Source of the DNA: the human T2T-CHM13v2.0 reference genome, Homo sapiens
Length of the DNA stretch: 64,000 nt
Assembly (NCBI RefSeq): GCF_009914755.1
Contig: NC_060938.1
Strand: one strand, 5' to 3'
A model generated the notes under the pieces. That model had not been told where the DNA came from. It was given only the letters and a program-made list of their open reading frames with translations, and did not search any database. Below are positions 27,643 to 41,484 of the stretch, one piece after another (position 1 is the stretch's first letter; every line of letters starts with the position of its first letter). The translations under genes and the position numbers were made by a program.

Positions 27643-30600
27643 GCCAACTCAAGTTTCTTATTTAAACTTTTGAAAATATCATATTGAAAATTTTATTAAA
27701 ATTTGAAATGTAATACCCATATTGATTTATCTCATTTTCCTTTTAATTATGTAAAATAAAAATAATGCATTTCTTCACTAAGCCCCATACAGATGCATCC
27801 AGATGGCCTCCATTTGCCCCATCATGTTGTATAAGGATCATTTTCTACATGTACCATGCCATGAAAACTTTGGGAAAGCAATTCATTTGTCAATAAACAG
27901 TAATGAGAGAATCCATTGCTAGAGAATAGTAAGACAAAAATATTTATCTGAGCAATTTGCAGCTTAGATTGAATGACTGGGACGTGGGTTGTTCAGGAAA
28001 CTATCACAGCAGTGATCACATGTGGACAAATTCTTAAACTAGGGGGATGCTAGTGGACATGAACAAGGTCATGGATAAAACCCATCAAATTTGGAAATAG
28101 ACTGACTCTGTTGGAGGCCAAGAGTAAAAGTCATTCGAGTTTTCAAAGTTAGATTGCAGATATTTAGTTATAATGATAGCTATAATCATGAATATAAACA
28201 ATTCTGTCCTGACCCTCTTCCTAAATGTCTTCTGTTTTTATGTTTACATTTCAGGTATTGCATTATTTTATACAAATTTACGCACCTAAATTGTGCGGGT
28301 GTTTTTTGGGACAGAAAAGTCTGGGTAGTACCAGAATAGACTGCTACATGCACATATGTGATACATCCAGTGTACTGCAATATATCGTCATCATTTAGCC
28401 CTTAGTATCTACTCAGTTTTAAGGTGCAATAGTCTCAATGTGAGTACTCCAAGGATTGCCTTTAAGGTTATTTTCCATTTTGCATTTCATTTGTAGTATG
28501 CACTAACTATGGCTAAAAGTACTTCCCCTCCTTCCAAAGAAATAAATTACAAATGTATGACATTTCATAAAATAAAGTTGCAGGAATTACCAAGCTTACC
28601 TTGACAGTTTGTCAAATTTATCTCAAAGATTTTGTAAGTGTATAGCTTGTGACCTCAAATAGTAAGCTTACAAAGGGCAGAGAACACATTTGCCAAGATT
28701 CGTGAATCACAGCATATAAATGTGAAAATTCTGAAAAGGATGGTGAAGGCCAGTATTTGACCTTGAGCCTCACCATTTACTATTTGTATAACTACAGGAT
28801 GGTTACCTTTACTCTCTATCTTTTTTCTATCAAGTGTAAGATAAAGATGCAGATTTAGACCCCTCTTTTCTCATAGAATTACTAAATTCACCAACTTTGG
28901 TAGTATACTTCAAAGCCCTATTAAATTACCAAGAACTTATAAAGGAAATTTACATATAAAGGAAATATGTATTAAATAATATACACATTTTCCATACTTT
29001 TTAATCAGATGAATTTAGTATAAGATATATAAAGTTAAATAGTTTACTTTCACATTTTGGTCTCTTCAATCCATACTTGCAAGAGAAATAATTAAATCTC
29101 TATATTTTTAACTTCATAAAAACAGATTTGTTGTTTGGACAATCTACAGGAACTTGCCAAATAAAAGGGAGTGCATGTTCATATAATAACATATAACACA
29201 AGGTTACCAAAACATAGTCACTTAATAGATATTTCTCCTGCCTCAGTTTTAGCCAGATCTCAGGTCCAGGACTTCAACCTGTAATAAAGTCTGATAAGGA
29301 ATATAGTTCATTGGTGACATGGACAGTAAAACTTTCAGCTTGTGAGGCATTGTGAATCAGTAAAATAACATATTTCAGAGAACATGCCCAAGTCAAAGAG
29401 CAAAAACACCCCTCTTTAACACAACCTTGGGCAACTGTAAAATACAATCTGCAATAACAGTTAAACATAACTGTTCTTTGGGGACTTATATAACAATGTA
29501 TAAAAGTAAATGGGTCACCAGCTCTCCAAATGTGGTTTGCCTTTGGAAACCAAAGCAATACTCTAGGAGGTGTGCTAGAGGAAAGCACAGACAGTCTATA
29601 CATAGGCATTGTAACTTTTTTTTGTTTGTTTTGGTTTTTCCAGTTAGAGGCATTGCATGGTAACTCCATCTACGGTCTCATTCTCTTGATTATTAAACAA
29701 GGGTTAACAAAGGACCAAATAATGAGGGGCTTTAGTAACAAGCTCCCTTCTTCTTCATTGAGTTTTATAATTTAGTGCTCTATGAGAACTGCAGGTTTCT
29801 GATTATTTCCAAAAATATATGTCCCCTTTTTTAACTGAGAAAATAATTTACTCTGCTGCTTTCATGCTTTTAATGATTGGAGGTTTATATTCCATCAGAA
29901 ACCAGAAACAAAAATAATAAAAAGTACATAATCACACTCAGATGCTAATTGTGGATTATTAGGGGGGCATAAAATATATCAAATTACTTTCTGTGTTACC
30001 TTTAACAGAAGTGTTACAACTTTCTTACTCCAAGGATAATGTAGACAAGGATTCACACCAAGGCTCTTATCTGATATCTGAATGGAAAACCTCAAATCTA
30101 TCTAGAGATGGCTTAGAGCTAAAGGGAAGAGAGGGTGAAAGTTTATTTGGTGTTCACCCAGATAATAGAGTGTCAACATGCCAGCTGGTCAATTCATTAA
30201 ACCAGTAATTATATCTGCACCACTGAATGTAGCACTTGGCAGTACATAGTCCTTCTATTTTTTCATATATGTGTATATTCCTGGGGCTTCCAGCCTGTGG
30301 GAACAAATGGTTCACATTAAACCAATACTGAAATTAGCATGTCTATTTAGCCTCCTACTATAGCACCAGCTGATCTGAGAACCCAGAGAGTGTGCCCTAG
30401 CAGTACCCTGAGAGATAGCTCCAGGTTTCTCACAGTGATTAGTTATGAATTGCCCCAAGTTCTCTCTTTTTTGACAAGACCCCCCTGACTCTGCTGTCAT
30501 TATAAAGCATTTTTGATGAGTCACCAGCAGAGATTGTCACTGACTCTTTTCTCTGCTGGCACAAAACTCCAATACATCTTCTTAGAGGACAGTACATCAG

Positions 30601-30889
30601 AAATGTCCTCTTTCATTCAGCTGAAAATGGAAAGCTCTCTTTTATGGTAACTCAGTCCAAGAGCCACATAGACAGGGCCTCCACCAAGCCCTGCTATCAA
30701 TGCTGTGTCACAATTTAAACTCAGTTGAGACCCCTTGCTATTCTAGCATCCTCCGTATTTTCTTCCTCTTTCACCTTCACTCTGTATGTTTAAAAGGCAG
30801 ATTTTTAAGGGTAGGGACATAGCATATATTTATTAGCGTTATCCATTCCTACTAATTGAATGTTGGGAGTCCTATGGAATGCATTTCTT

Positions 30890-31194
30890 TCTTTCTTTCT
30901 TTTTTTTTTTTTTGAGATCGAGTTTTGCTCTTGTCGCCCAGGCTGGAGTGCAGTGGTGTGATCTAGGCTCACCGCAACCTTTGCCTCCCAGGTTCAAGCG
31001 ATTCTCCTGCCTCAGCCTCCCAAGTAGCTGGTATTACAGGCACGCTCTACCACGCCCAGCTAATTTTGTATTTTTAGTAGAGATGGGGTTTCTCCATGTT
31101 GGTCAGGCTGGTCTGGAACTCCTGACCTCAGGTGATCCGCCTGCCTCAGCCTCCCAAAGTGCTGGGATTACAGGCGTGAGCCACCACACCTGGC
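30890..31194 (-). mobile_element. AluSp-like
   Basis: Full Alu; 'caccgcaacc' and 'tttctccatgttggtcagg'; TSD tggaatgcatttctt (30875-30889) / tggaaagcatttctt (31195-31209). Confidence 0.97.
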
Positions 31195-32489
31195 TGGAAA
31201 GCATTTCTTTAACAGGTGCTATGCCTCCAGCTTAATTTGTATCACCTAATATACATTTTGACTTTCCTATACAAGAGTCCTAAGTCCTAGGAATCTAGGT
31301 GTGAGAAAAATTTCCAGATTCAATTGGGTAAGGAAGCTTAAACAATGAAAACAACCCATATTTTCAAAGTTTCTGTGTCATGGTAAGAGAAAGTTCTGAG
31401 ACAATAAACAAGAGATTACATAGCACTTCAGACTACTGGGAAATAGATCTTTTAAAAAAAGTTTCTATAGTAAATTTATTATCAAAAGATCTTTATTGGC
31501 CTTGGACCATTTCCATTAACGAGTGTGAAACATGCTCAATTAACAGTGACACACATGTATAGTATTTTTCCCCAGAGAATTGTAACTCACCATTGGACGG
31601 AGAATATGCATCCTAGTGACAATTTTCCTCATGAGGACAGAGTCTGATAAAAGGTATGTAAATATCATTTGTACAAAATTTTCTGGTATGTTACCACATG
31701 CCAAAAGACATATCAAATTCCACAAGAAGAAAAGAAAGAATAATAATTTGGTCTAATAGAATTGTATGTAGTTTAGTTTAGCTTTAATTTTTAAAAGAAA
31801 AACAATGGTAGGAATTTGACATGAAAAACTGGATGAAGGATTCCAGAAAAAGGCATTTTGTTTAATACTTTAAAAGAAGGATGACTTCCTGAGAGCTGTA
31901 ATAGTTCTAGTCCTGATGAAACTCCTCTGAGGTTGTTAGAAAATAATGATATGCACACTGCAGCCCAAAAGGCCCACTAACCTCTGGGCTGGGCAAGGAA
32001 TAGGAGAGTCACACAATAAAAAAATGTTAGAAAAATAAGTTATTTTCATCATTTAACAAAAAGTCTCGTAAACTTTTGAGAATGATGTACTAAAAAATCC
32101 TTTTCTTATCATTCAAGTTTTACTGATTATGCAAAAGGATGATAGTGCATATGTGAAGAGAATTGATAAAATAGGATCATTTTGATTGATCATTAGATGT
32201 GTTTCCTCATGATAAGATAATGAAAAGGAGAAGAAAAACTTAGAGAAAATAGAGATGCAAACTGGATTAAAGTAGACATTACAAAATAGGATGATCTGCA
32301 TTACATGTTGGTCTTGTATACTTTGTGATTTGCATTTATTGCACATTTTTAAGTAACTATTTGTTTACATATCTGTATATGTACTTTTAACCATCATGGT
32401 AGGATGTGAGTTTCATTAATCTTTGGATTTCCCATTCCTAGCTGGTGGTGTTCTAAATAATTACAAATGCACCCAAGTAGTATCACACC

Positions 32490-32625
32490 AACTCCAAGTT
32501 ACCTCCTTTTGAGCAGAGATGTCTGCCTTTTTTTAGCCACTGTAACCTTAGTCCTATTCCTTGCATTAGAAACACAGTAGACAGTATGTGAATATTTACG
32601 GAAGGAGTAAATGAACGAATGAATT
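32490..32625 (+). mobile_element. L2 3' end fragment
   Basis: 'acacagtagacagtatgtgaatatttacggaaggagtaaatgaacgaatgaat', typical L2 terminus with (ATGA)n-like tail. Confidence 0.6.
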
Positions 32626-34827
32626 CTGGCCTTCATTGGAGGAGGTCATAAGTGTCTGTAATAAAGTAATAAGACATAAAACATGAAGGCTCATAATGTT
32701 AATTGAGTGACTTGAGATGCGTACATTATGGTCCTACGCTAAGACAACATGGACCCTGCTCCTATTGAGAAATGGAATCAAAAATCAAAGGAAACCAATC
32801 CTATTCATGCTCACCATGCTCCATCATTATATTCTTGATTTCTCTCATCTCATGGACAAATGAATGAGTAAATGAATAACTGAATCCCTGCTTGGAGCAT
32901 TTTTCTCTCTCTATAGACATGTTATAGGAGATCTACATTGTGGCTACTGTGTCTTCAGTAATCTGGGTAAATTGTTGAGCCATTTTCCTATTTGCCAAGA
33001 CAAAGCATGATGAAAGTACTGAGTTTTGGAGGTTTAGAGATGGATTCCTGCAAATGAAGGAAAAGATTGTAGACATCAGTTTCCTTTGCTCTAAAATCAA
33101 ACAAAACTTCATTAAAAGATTGCCTGAGTTAGCAAATAAAAACCTACAGATCTACCTCACTCAACTGAACATTCCCTTCATTTTTTTTGTTTTTATGTTG
33201 AATATATCATACAACATATGGTGCATCAGTTAGCTGGTGTGCTGGTTAGAAATATAGGAGAATATGAACCCAAATATCAACTGTCAGTTACATTATCATT
33301 TTATTTCCTCTCCTTTTCCCTTCCCTGTCCATCCCATTGTTGCCTTCTTTTGTCTGTGCTTCAAAGTGTGGCATATACTCTTAGCAATGAAGATAATTTC
33401 ATTTATTGATCCATTGACTTCAGGCACTTGGACAAGCAGCTCCATTAGTAGCTGCAACTGGGTACTCCTCTGGGCCCAGGATTCTAAAGAGGAGACATTT
33501 TAGGCCTGACATGTAAATTGCTCTCAGGGAGGCAAGAGTCTGCTGCATCCATTACTCCCATTATTGGCCAATTTGTCAGCAACTCAGAAAGCAGGGCAGC
33601 TCCATTGCAAGTCAAAGGAGACACAAGATCATCCCTAAGGCAAGAGGAAAAAGAAGATGAATTGAAAGAAATTGATTTGTGACGTCCTGCCAAATGACCA
33701 ACTTACATAGCAAAGGAAGAGCCCTACAGGCCTCCAAAAGGTGGGAGGGAAGCAGGAGAGAAAAAGGAAAAAAAAAAAGCATGTTAATACCCATAAATAA
33801 TGTATATATGGAAGCTTCTTTCATCTTATTGTGTTTATGTGGGTGCATGTGTGTGTTTTGATCCCCGCAGAATTGCTGTATAACTGATCTTAAGAAAATT
33901 CAGCTGAAGCTTTTTGGTTCAATGACTCAAGAAATGGGTGAGCTGCATTTAGTTTTGATCTTTGACAACAGCTACCAACAGAATATCAGAGAGAATGAAT
34001 TAAGAAATCCTGCTGAGGCTGAAAAGCATGCACAAGCACACACACACCCGCACTCATGCATGCACCCCATCATATACACCTGGAATTACCCAGTTGCTAT
34101 TAAATCAAAACTGAAGTCCTCCCCTCATTATAAAGAAGCTCATGTCTGCAAACTAGTCTGCTTGCCCACTCCTTGTTTTATCTGGCACTGGTCCCCGAAC
34201 AAAAATCAATCTCCAATTCCCTTTAATGTTTAGCACTAAATCCAGAAAGCAAAACAAAACATGAGAGTCTCACATTTATTATGGAACCTCTTTTATCTGG
34301 CTGGAGGGCAGCCTTCTAATCAAGGGAATGAATAAACAGTCATTTACTTACTTTCAGGGAACAGAGGAGACAGCTCAATCTTCTTGAAGGCCAGCAGAAC
34401 CAAAGGGGCCCTCCAATTTGTAAATCAAAACATTAGCAGCTTGTTAATTTAGCCTGGCAATTATTAAGATGCAAAGAAGTTTGTATTACTGTGTTTATTG
34501 ATGGAGGTTATAGGTAGGAGCAAAACTATTTACTTTCTTTGTGGAAGAAAAATATCTGGTAACTGAGACTAAAAGGCTTTTTTAATTGTAGACATTTAGT
34601 GACGCTTTTAAAAAATATGTACTTTCTTGTTTCTCAAATGCTAAGAAAAAAAAAAAGGAAAATAAAAGCCAGCAACCTAAACTACAAGAGCATTTAGAAT
34701 GTTGCCCCATCATGTGTTTGGAGGTATGATATAGTAAGATTGATCAAAAGCATAGTATTGATGGAGGTTTTCACATCCGAGCTGGGTAGTATAACACATT
34801 GTACTTGTCAGAAGATGGAGAGAACAG

Positions 34828-34828
<1 letters not shown>

Positions 34829-34856
<28 letters not shown>
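34829..34856. repeat. (CA)14 microsatellite
   Basis: 14 uninterrupted CA units. Confidence 0.97.
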
Positions 34857-34858
<2 letters not shown>

Positions 34859-35949
34859 TACCCTGGGTAAATCTAGAGAGAGCAATTTCTTGTGCTGACG
34901 TTTACATTGAATTACATTCTTTTCTTTATCCACAGCAGTAGCTTCATTGTATCTGCTGCTCCACCTACAATTCAAATTCACCAAAGCAGGAAAGATTCTC
35001 TATCCTGTAATGGAGAGGAAATGTACATCTTTGTAGTTTTTGTGGTAGAAACTGAGGAACCAAAATATTTTGAGGTAACCAAGGTGATATCCAGATTTTT
35101 TGTTTAAAATACCTTCCTAGAATGCGTTTTTGAAATTTTTATGTGGTTATTTTACAAACCTCAATCAAAATAGTTGCACATTGAATCTTACCATCTTTTT
35201 CTTTCAGTTTTCTGAAATTATTTTACTCAATGGAAGTGAAAGGAGGGTGTGGAATGAAGATGTCTGCTTTACACATTATCTGGCAATTTAAAAAATTCTG
35301 AAATTGTATGGTTTGGAAAGATGCTAGAAGAAAGCATAAACAAATATTTTTATAAATTTATGGTAAAGAAAGACTTTATAAACATAATTTTAAAGATACA
35401 AGCTAAAATGGAGAGAGAAAAATGTAGTAGGTTTGATGAACTGGGGAAAAAAATGGTCCACAAACACATGTAAAAGATAAATAAGCTTAGAAAATGTCTG
35501 CAACATGTAAATATTTGTAATATCACATTGCTTTTCTTAATACAACAAAGGCTCTTTAAATATTATTTTTTAAAAAGTGGACACTTCTGCTATGATGTGG
35601 TCTGTAGGATTATTGTTCATTATTCTGATATACCATGGGGATCCTGCTGAAATCATGGGCCAGAATTATACCCCAGGGAGTAAACAAGGAAATACAGCAA
35701 GGATGAACACTATCAGAGATACAGCTGATCAGTGTTCTGGGCATAATTGCTGAAGTAGTTAAATAAGGCAAAAAATAAAAAAATGAAAATGAAGTTAGCA
35801 AATTATTATTTTGCACTTTGTAGAATCATATGAATATCTGTAAAACACAGTTGAACTTTATTTTCTCTTAACATTTATAGTCGGTCACCTTAGTTTATAC
35901 TGTAAGCTTTTTTCTTTCCCCTCTGTAAATCCACTGTAAAGGGTGGTTA

Positions 35950-37625
35950 TGTGACATTTTAATAGAATGATGTGTTGTTTTATTCTTCTAATGGAGATGT
36001 TCCTTCTGGTGGAAATGTTCCTTCTTAGATTACTAGACCTCTAACACAGCAGCAGCTATAACTGCAGAGATAGGCCACAGATATTTTGTATGTTGGTTAT
36101 TGGGCATATTAGTGTAGCTCCCTTCTCACTTCCACCCTGTAGGGCCTATATTCTGGGTATAGCGGAGACTGCTTCAATACATATATTACTTCGTAATAGA
36201 AAACATCCCAATCCCGGCCGGGCACAGTGGCTCACGCCTGTAATCCCAACACTTTGGGAGGCCGAGGTGGGTGGATCACGAGGTCAGGAGATAGAAACCA
36301 TCCTGGCTAACACAGTGAAACCCCATCTCGTCCCTACTAAAAATACAAAAAATTAGCCGGGCGTGGTGGAGGGTGCCTATAGTCCCAGCTACTCAGGAAG
36401 CTGAGGCAGGAGAATGGCGTGAACCCGGGAGGGTGAGCTTGCAGTGAGCCGAGATCGCGGCACTGCACTCCAGCCTGGGTGACAGAGCGAGACTCCATCT
36501 CAAAAAAAAAAAAAAAAAAAAAAAAAAAAGAAAACATCCCAATCCCAAGTGTAGTATTATCTTAGAACTACATTGTAACTAAATCTTCAGAACAACTCCA
36601 GTCTATAAGGTTGCTGCTTCTGATAAATGTGTACATGATAACACCAGTGAATCTCACTGGCCATGGTCCATCAATTAACATGGTTTCCTAAATGGAATTC
36701 CTTGGTTCTGTAGCAATATTGTGTTGATACCATGGCAGTAGGGTAACACATCCCATAACTCTTCAAATAATGATGGCAGCAGAAGCAAGGGAAAAAGGGA
36801 AAACAAAGCCCTAATGAGAAAAAGTACTCCCTCTTCCAGTATTTCGTTGAAATCAGTTTGCCACTAGGTGAGCACTTGGTGGCAAGTTGGATATTGCAGA
36901 ACTTTGGGGTCTCAGAAGTGGTTATGGTTGATGGCACGTTTAGCATCAAGCAGTGGCAGTGGGACCTACTAAGTCAACCATAGTGAATTCGAAGTCCATG
37001 CTTTTGAATCCATGTATAACTTCCATTGTTGTCACTAGCGATATTTGTTCATGAGGTCTTTGTGCAAGCAGTTGAATGGCAGGAGGAAATTAAATTCATA
37101 GAGGTTCATCTTGCGCATGGATTTTTGGATAATACAGTCCACAGTGATGCTTTCAGTGTGTGTGTTTATATGTGCATATGTGTGTGTTTAACATTTAAAT
37201 AAAACACAATTATGAAACTCATATTCTAAGACCAATTCTCTTCCAGCCTTTAACTATTTTCTTCCTTTGTTATTTCTACATAAATATCCAGGGAAATAAT
37301 CAGCCATTGTTCATGGACTTATGTCAATGCTTACTCAGTTGACATCTCCATTCTGCATGATGTTCTGCGAACTGGATGATTTTTTTCTTCTCATTGTCCT
37401 TTAAGAATGACCTTAGGAGAGTTGGAACATGTCAGATGCCGCATGCCACACAATACTGTCTTTAGACTATACACCAGACCCAACTCACTCTTTTCCTCAG
37501 TGGACTGGCCAGAGGAACTACCTTGTCTATGTAAGTGGGTGTCGAGGAGGCAGTAGCAGTACTGCAGAGTCAAACACACCAGAAGTGGAAGTCAGCTGCT
37601 CATGTGGTGTTCTTGCTTGAAGGCT
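35950..37625 (-). mobile_element. Ancient ERVL-class internal (pol: RNase H-integrase) remnant, interrupted by AluY
   Basis: Minus strand 36655-36632 translates EIHWCYHV (ERVL integrase GIHWSYHVPHHPEAA); nearby YCHGI and HNIAT; LKDNEKKKS/QFAE near 37360-37405 resembles the ERVL RNase H motif LKDSGEGKSSQWAEL; frameshifted. Confidence 0.7.
36216..36528 (+). mobile_element. AluY
   Basis: AluY diagnostics; uninterrupted A run 36502-36529; perfect 18-bp TSD agaaaacatcccaatccc (36198-36215 / 36529-36546). Confidence 0.98.
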
Positions 37626-37816
37626 TATCAGCTTTCTATAGAAATGCCGTGGAATAGGGCATGGGTTTCCACCACCTGAGACCTTCAATGCTGTGTTTTC
37701 TTAGCTTGGACAAATCTGTTTTAGTCTCTTTTCCCCTGTTTTTGTCTCTATTTTTACCACTAACAAACTTTATATGATCTTTTCAATAGGCTTATACATT
37801 AAAAATAACACAGGTT

Positions 37817-37953
37817 GCCCATTAGGAGAAATACCTAATGTAAATGACGAGTTGATGGGTGCAGCAAACCAACACGGCACATGTATACCTATGTAACAAA
37901 CCTGCACGTTGTGCACATGTACCCCAGAACTTAAAGTATAATAATAAAAAAAA
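37817..37953 (+). mobile_element. Very short 5'-truncated L1PA (L1PA5-like) 3' end
   Basis: 'cattaggagaaatacctaatgtaaatgacgagttgatgggtgcagc...cttaaagtataataataaaa'; TSD-like aaaaataacacaggtt / aaaaaaatacaggtt. Confidence 0.93.
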
Positions 37954-40900
37954 TTAAAAAAATACAGGTTTCAAAGGTAAGAAAGACTGTTTTAGCCAAC
38001 TTATGTTCTTTACCCAACCACACACCTCTCCTTAAGACAAGAAAGAAGTCAATTATCTGCTTGTGTAGAATGAGAGCAAGGGAGAAAAGACAGAAAGAAA
38101 GAAAGAAAAAAAAAAAAACTACATCACACCTTATACCAAAAATGATCTTGTATGTGTATTTTCAGTGTTCATAATTATATCCATATTACATTTCAGAAAG
38201 AACAATTGAGAGTCACATTTAGCTATTTTTATTGTCTATTTATTTCATACATTCAGCAGCGTTATCCTCATTAATATATAGCTGTGCATTGCCTCTCAAA
38301 CAGGGTCATGATATAAGTATGCAGTATTTTGTCTTTCCATTATGAGTTAGCCATTTGCAAAACTGTGGACTATGGAAAGGGCACACCCGTAGAGTCATGT
38401 CTTGCTCTTTTCAGTGCACTTTGACTCTCTTTTCCCAGACACCTGCTCTTTTTCTCTCCTCAGTAGCACCAGTGTGTCATAGTCCCTTTTGTTTAATAAA
38501 GGAAAAAATTCTGAATACATTCACACTAAAATATGATGTGAGTTAGTATTTATTTCTTTTCCACGCTTGCTTAGGAAGGCTAAGGCATAGCTGAAAGTCA
38601 GAAATGTTTACTGAGTGCTGGATTTGAGGCACAGTGGCACTTGAGAATGTCATTCTACAGTCACAGTTTTGCAGCCCTCCACAATGGGACACAACTGTGT
38701 ATTTCTGAAGGCACTATCTGTTAGAGAAATGTGTTGAAAAATCAAGTTCCTGGCAAAGGAGAAAGCTGTGTCTATTAAGCAATGATTCCCAGCAAACCTT
38801 TCTCCAGGCTGATAAGTAGGTTTGGCTCTTTGAAAGCCTTCTCGTAGTCCATTAAGCAGCATGAGCATCCTCTAAGGAATAATGTTCACTGATGATCACA
38901 TTGTTGATATAATTAAGGTCCCTATACATAAGGACTTTAAATACCTATTGTTGTGTTTTGTCGTTTCCTGAAATTTTTCTTTTTTGATATTTTTCTAAGC
39001 ATAGGGTTCATGAAAAGGTGAATGTTAATCACAACATTTGAGAAAAGTCCCTTAGCTCATTATGTGTGATGGATATGTGAAAAATAAGCTTAAGCTATAG
39101 TCACAAATGTTTCTTGTGACTTTTTAGTTAATTATGATAACTTCCAGAAAAAGAAAAGAGAGAGTAACTTTGAATTTAGTGCTTTTTATAGGAAACCATG
39201 CACTTGCACATTTAAGCATTTTGCGTTTTCCTGATTTGCATACCTATTAAAGCTTCAATTTAGCAATTTTTTTTTAGCATTTTATTATTAACAAAGCTGA
39301 CAATCTGGATAAGTTCACACCTCATAGAAGTCAGCAGGGACTTTTAATGCATAAAGTATCTAAGGACTCAATTTGTGATTAATTTTTTTAAAAACTTTTT
39401 TTCAAATGTATTAAAAGGAACATACAAAACCTTTATTTTTATGTTATCTTCCTTTATTTTAAAATCCATACACAATATAAAAAGCCTAGTGCAACATCAA
39501 TTTAATTTGTATAAGTTGTATGCCAAAGAAATTATGAGTCAAAAAAGATAATTTTCTTCAAAGACAGAAAAACACATGCTTAACTACAATTGCATTTTAA
39601 ATACTGGAAGTTCCATTCATCTTACTCAATAGTTTATTTGCCTTTTAAAAGATTAAGATATTTAATTATGTTCATATTAACTTTGTATAGCAAACATGCA
39701 TGTGATTAATGATTTTCAAAATAAAAAACTGAATTGGGGCCTTTCAACCTAATACAAACTTATTTTTAAATAAATCATTTCTTTTATTTTCTAAGGAAAC
39801 TTTGTCCAATATATACAATTAAATGAATGCATATGCAATTCCGAATCAGTAATAAGTTTTGTTTTAAATAACTTTGGAGATAATTTATATATTATACTCA
39901 GCTTTCTGCAATTGATTAGATTCTACTCTAGTTTGGGAGTAATGTGATACTAAAGATGAGCTAAATATTCGTTTGTCCTGAGGCAGAAACTGGTTGAATA
40001 CACAATTTTTTTTTTTTAGCTTTTCAATAACTGTTTAGGCATTGTGCAGATAGCTTAACAAGAGCTCAACTGTTTCAGCTTCTGCGGCAGCTTTGGCTAC
40101 TCCAAGGGAAAAACAAATATAGTAACACAATCAAGGATAATGCATTACGCATTTCAATCTATTGTTTTAGCTTTTGTTGGCCCTCTCCTTGCCAAAGTCA
40201 ACATAAAGGAACTTTAAGTCGTCAATGAAGTGCTGACAGAGAACAAATGTTGCCCCGAAGTGCCAACATATATCACTGTTTGTATATGTAAAGGCAAGCT
40301 TCTCAGTCTGTCGTTTTCATGTTGGTTTTAAGTCTGAGGCTGAACATGAACTAATACACTAGGAAATGTCAAAAAGAAGATGCTGACACTTCCACCCCAA
40401 TGGCAGGCACAGAGCAGGTGCTCTCCAAATACTTACAAGTGCTGTCTTTACATTTCATGATATGTCATCGATATGCATTCTCATGTGTATAAGTATTAAA
40501 TCTCATCTTTGCTTGTTATCCACAGTGCATAGAAACAGTTCTTTATGCATAAGCCACACTTCTCCTTCCCTAACATTGTTTTGCTCTTCAAAAGCCAGCA
40601 TCTGATCCACTGGCCTACTTTTCCATAGCTACATTTGGAACATACCTCTCCTTGGCTCTTCAGGAAGCTTTTGGTTTTGCTCAAAACCAGCTCTGAGAGA
40701 ACTGTCATCGCGATTTCCTGGGTAAGATTAATTCTAGGGCCTGCTGGTCTCTTGGCCAAGTTTATTACTAATAATAAATCACTATTCAGATACCCATTTT
40801 CTCTGTCTTACCTCTTTTTCAGTAGTCTAAGGCAATCTTCTTTAACCCTCACTGACACGATGCTCAAAATTTAATAGGTCTTGCTCCTGCCTCATCTATT

Positions 40901-41168
40901 CTGAGAACTCCCACTAATTTCAGTGTACATGTTCATGCCCATACAGAATTGATCGAAAGATTTTGAGGTGTTAGCCCAAGCTGGAAAATTAATGGAAGTT
41001 GAGCAGACTTTTGTGAAGGAATTAAAACAGTTGTCAACCAAGAAAAGGTAAAAGACCAGACTGCAAAGCAGTGAGGCAAGGCATTATTCAGGTTTTAGGA
41101 ACTGTCATTTGGGAGACACAGATTCAGCCAAATTGTGTTCCAGAGAGAGAAAGGGGAGTAGGGATTTT

Positions 41169-41484
41169 ATGTATGTATGTATGTATGTATGTATTTATTT
41201 TGAGATGGAGTTTCACTCTTGTCTCCCAGGCTGGAGTGCAATGGCACAATCTCGGCTCACTGAAACCTCCGCCTCCTGGGTTCAAGCGATTCTCCTGCCT
41301 CAGCCTCCTCGGTACCTGGGATTACAGTTCCCTGCCACCACGCCCAGCTAATTTTTTGTATTTTTAATAGAGATGGGGTTTCACCATGTTGGCCAGGCTG
41401 GTCTCCAACTCCTGACCTCAAGTGATCCACTTGCCTCGGCCTCCCAAGGTGCTGGGATTGCAGGCATGAGCCACGGCGCCCAGC
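41169..41484 (-). mobile_element. AluS (Sq-like) with tail converted to (CATA)6
   Basis: Full Alu; perfect 13-bp TSD gagtagggatttt (41156-41168 / 41485-41497); (TATG)6 at 41168-41191. Confidence 0.97.

Noticed and set aside
29380-29389. p53 half-site GAACATGCCC (also GAGCATGCCC at 62861-62870)
   Set aside because: Isolated half-sites with no adjacent second half-site.
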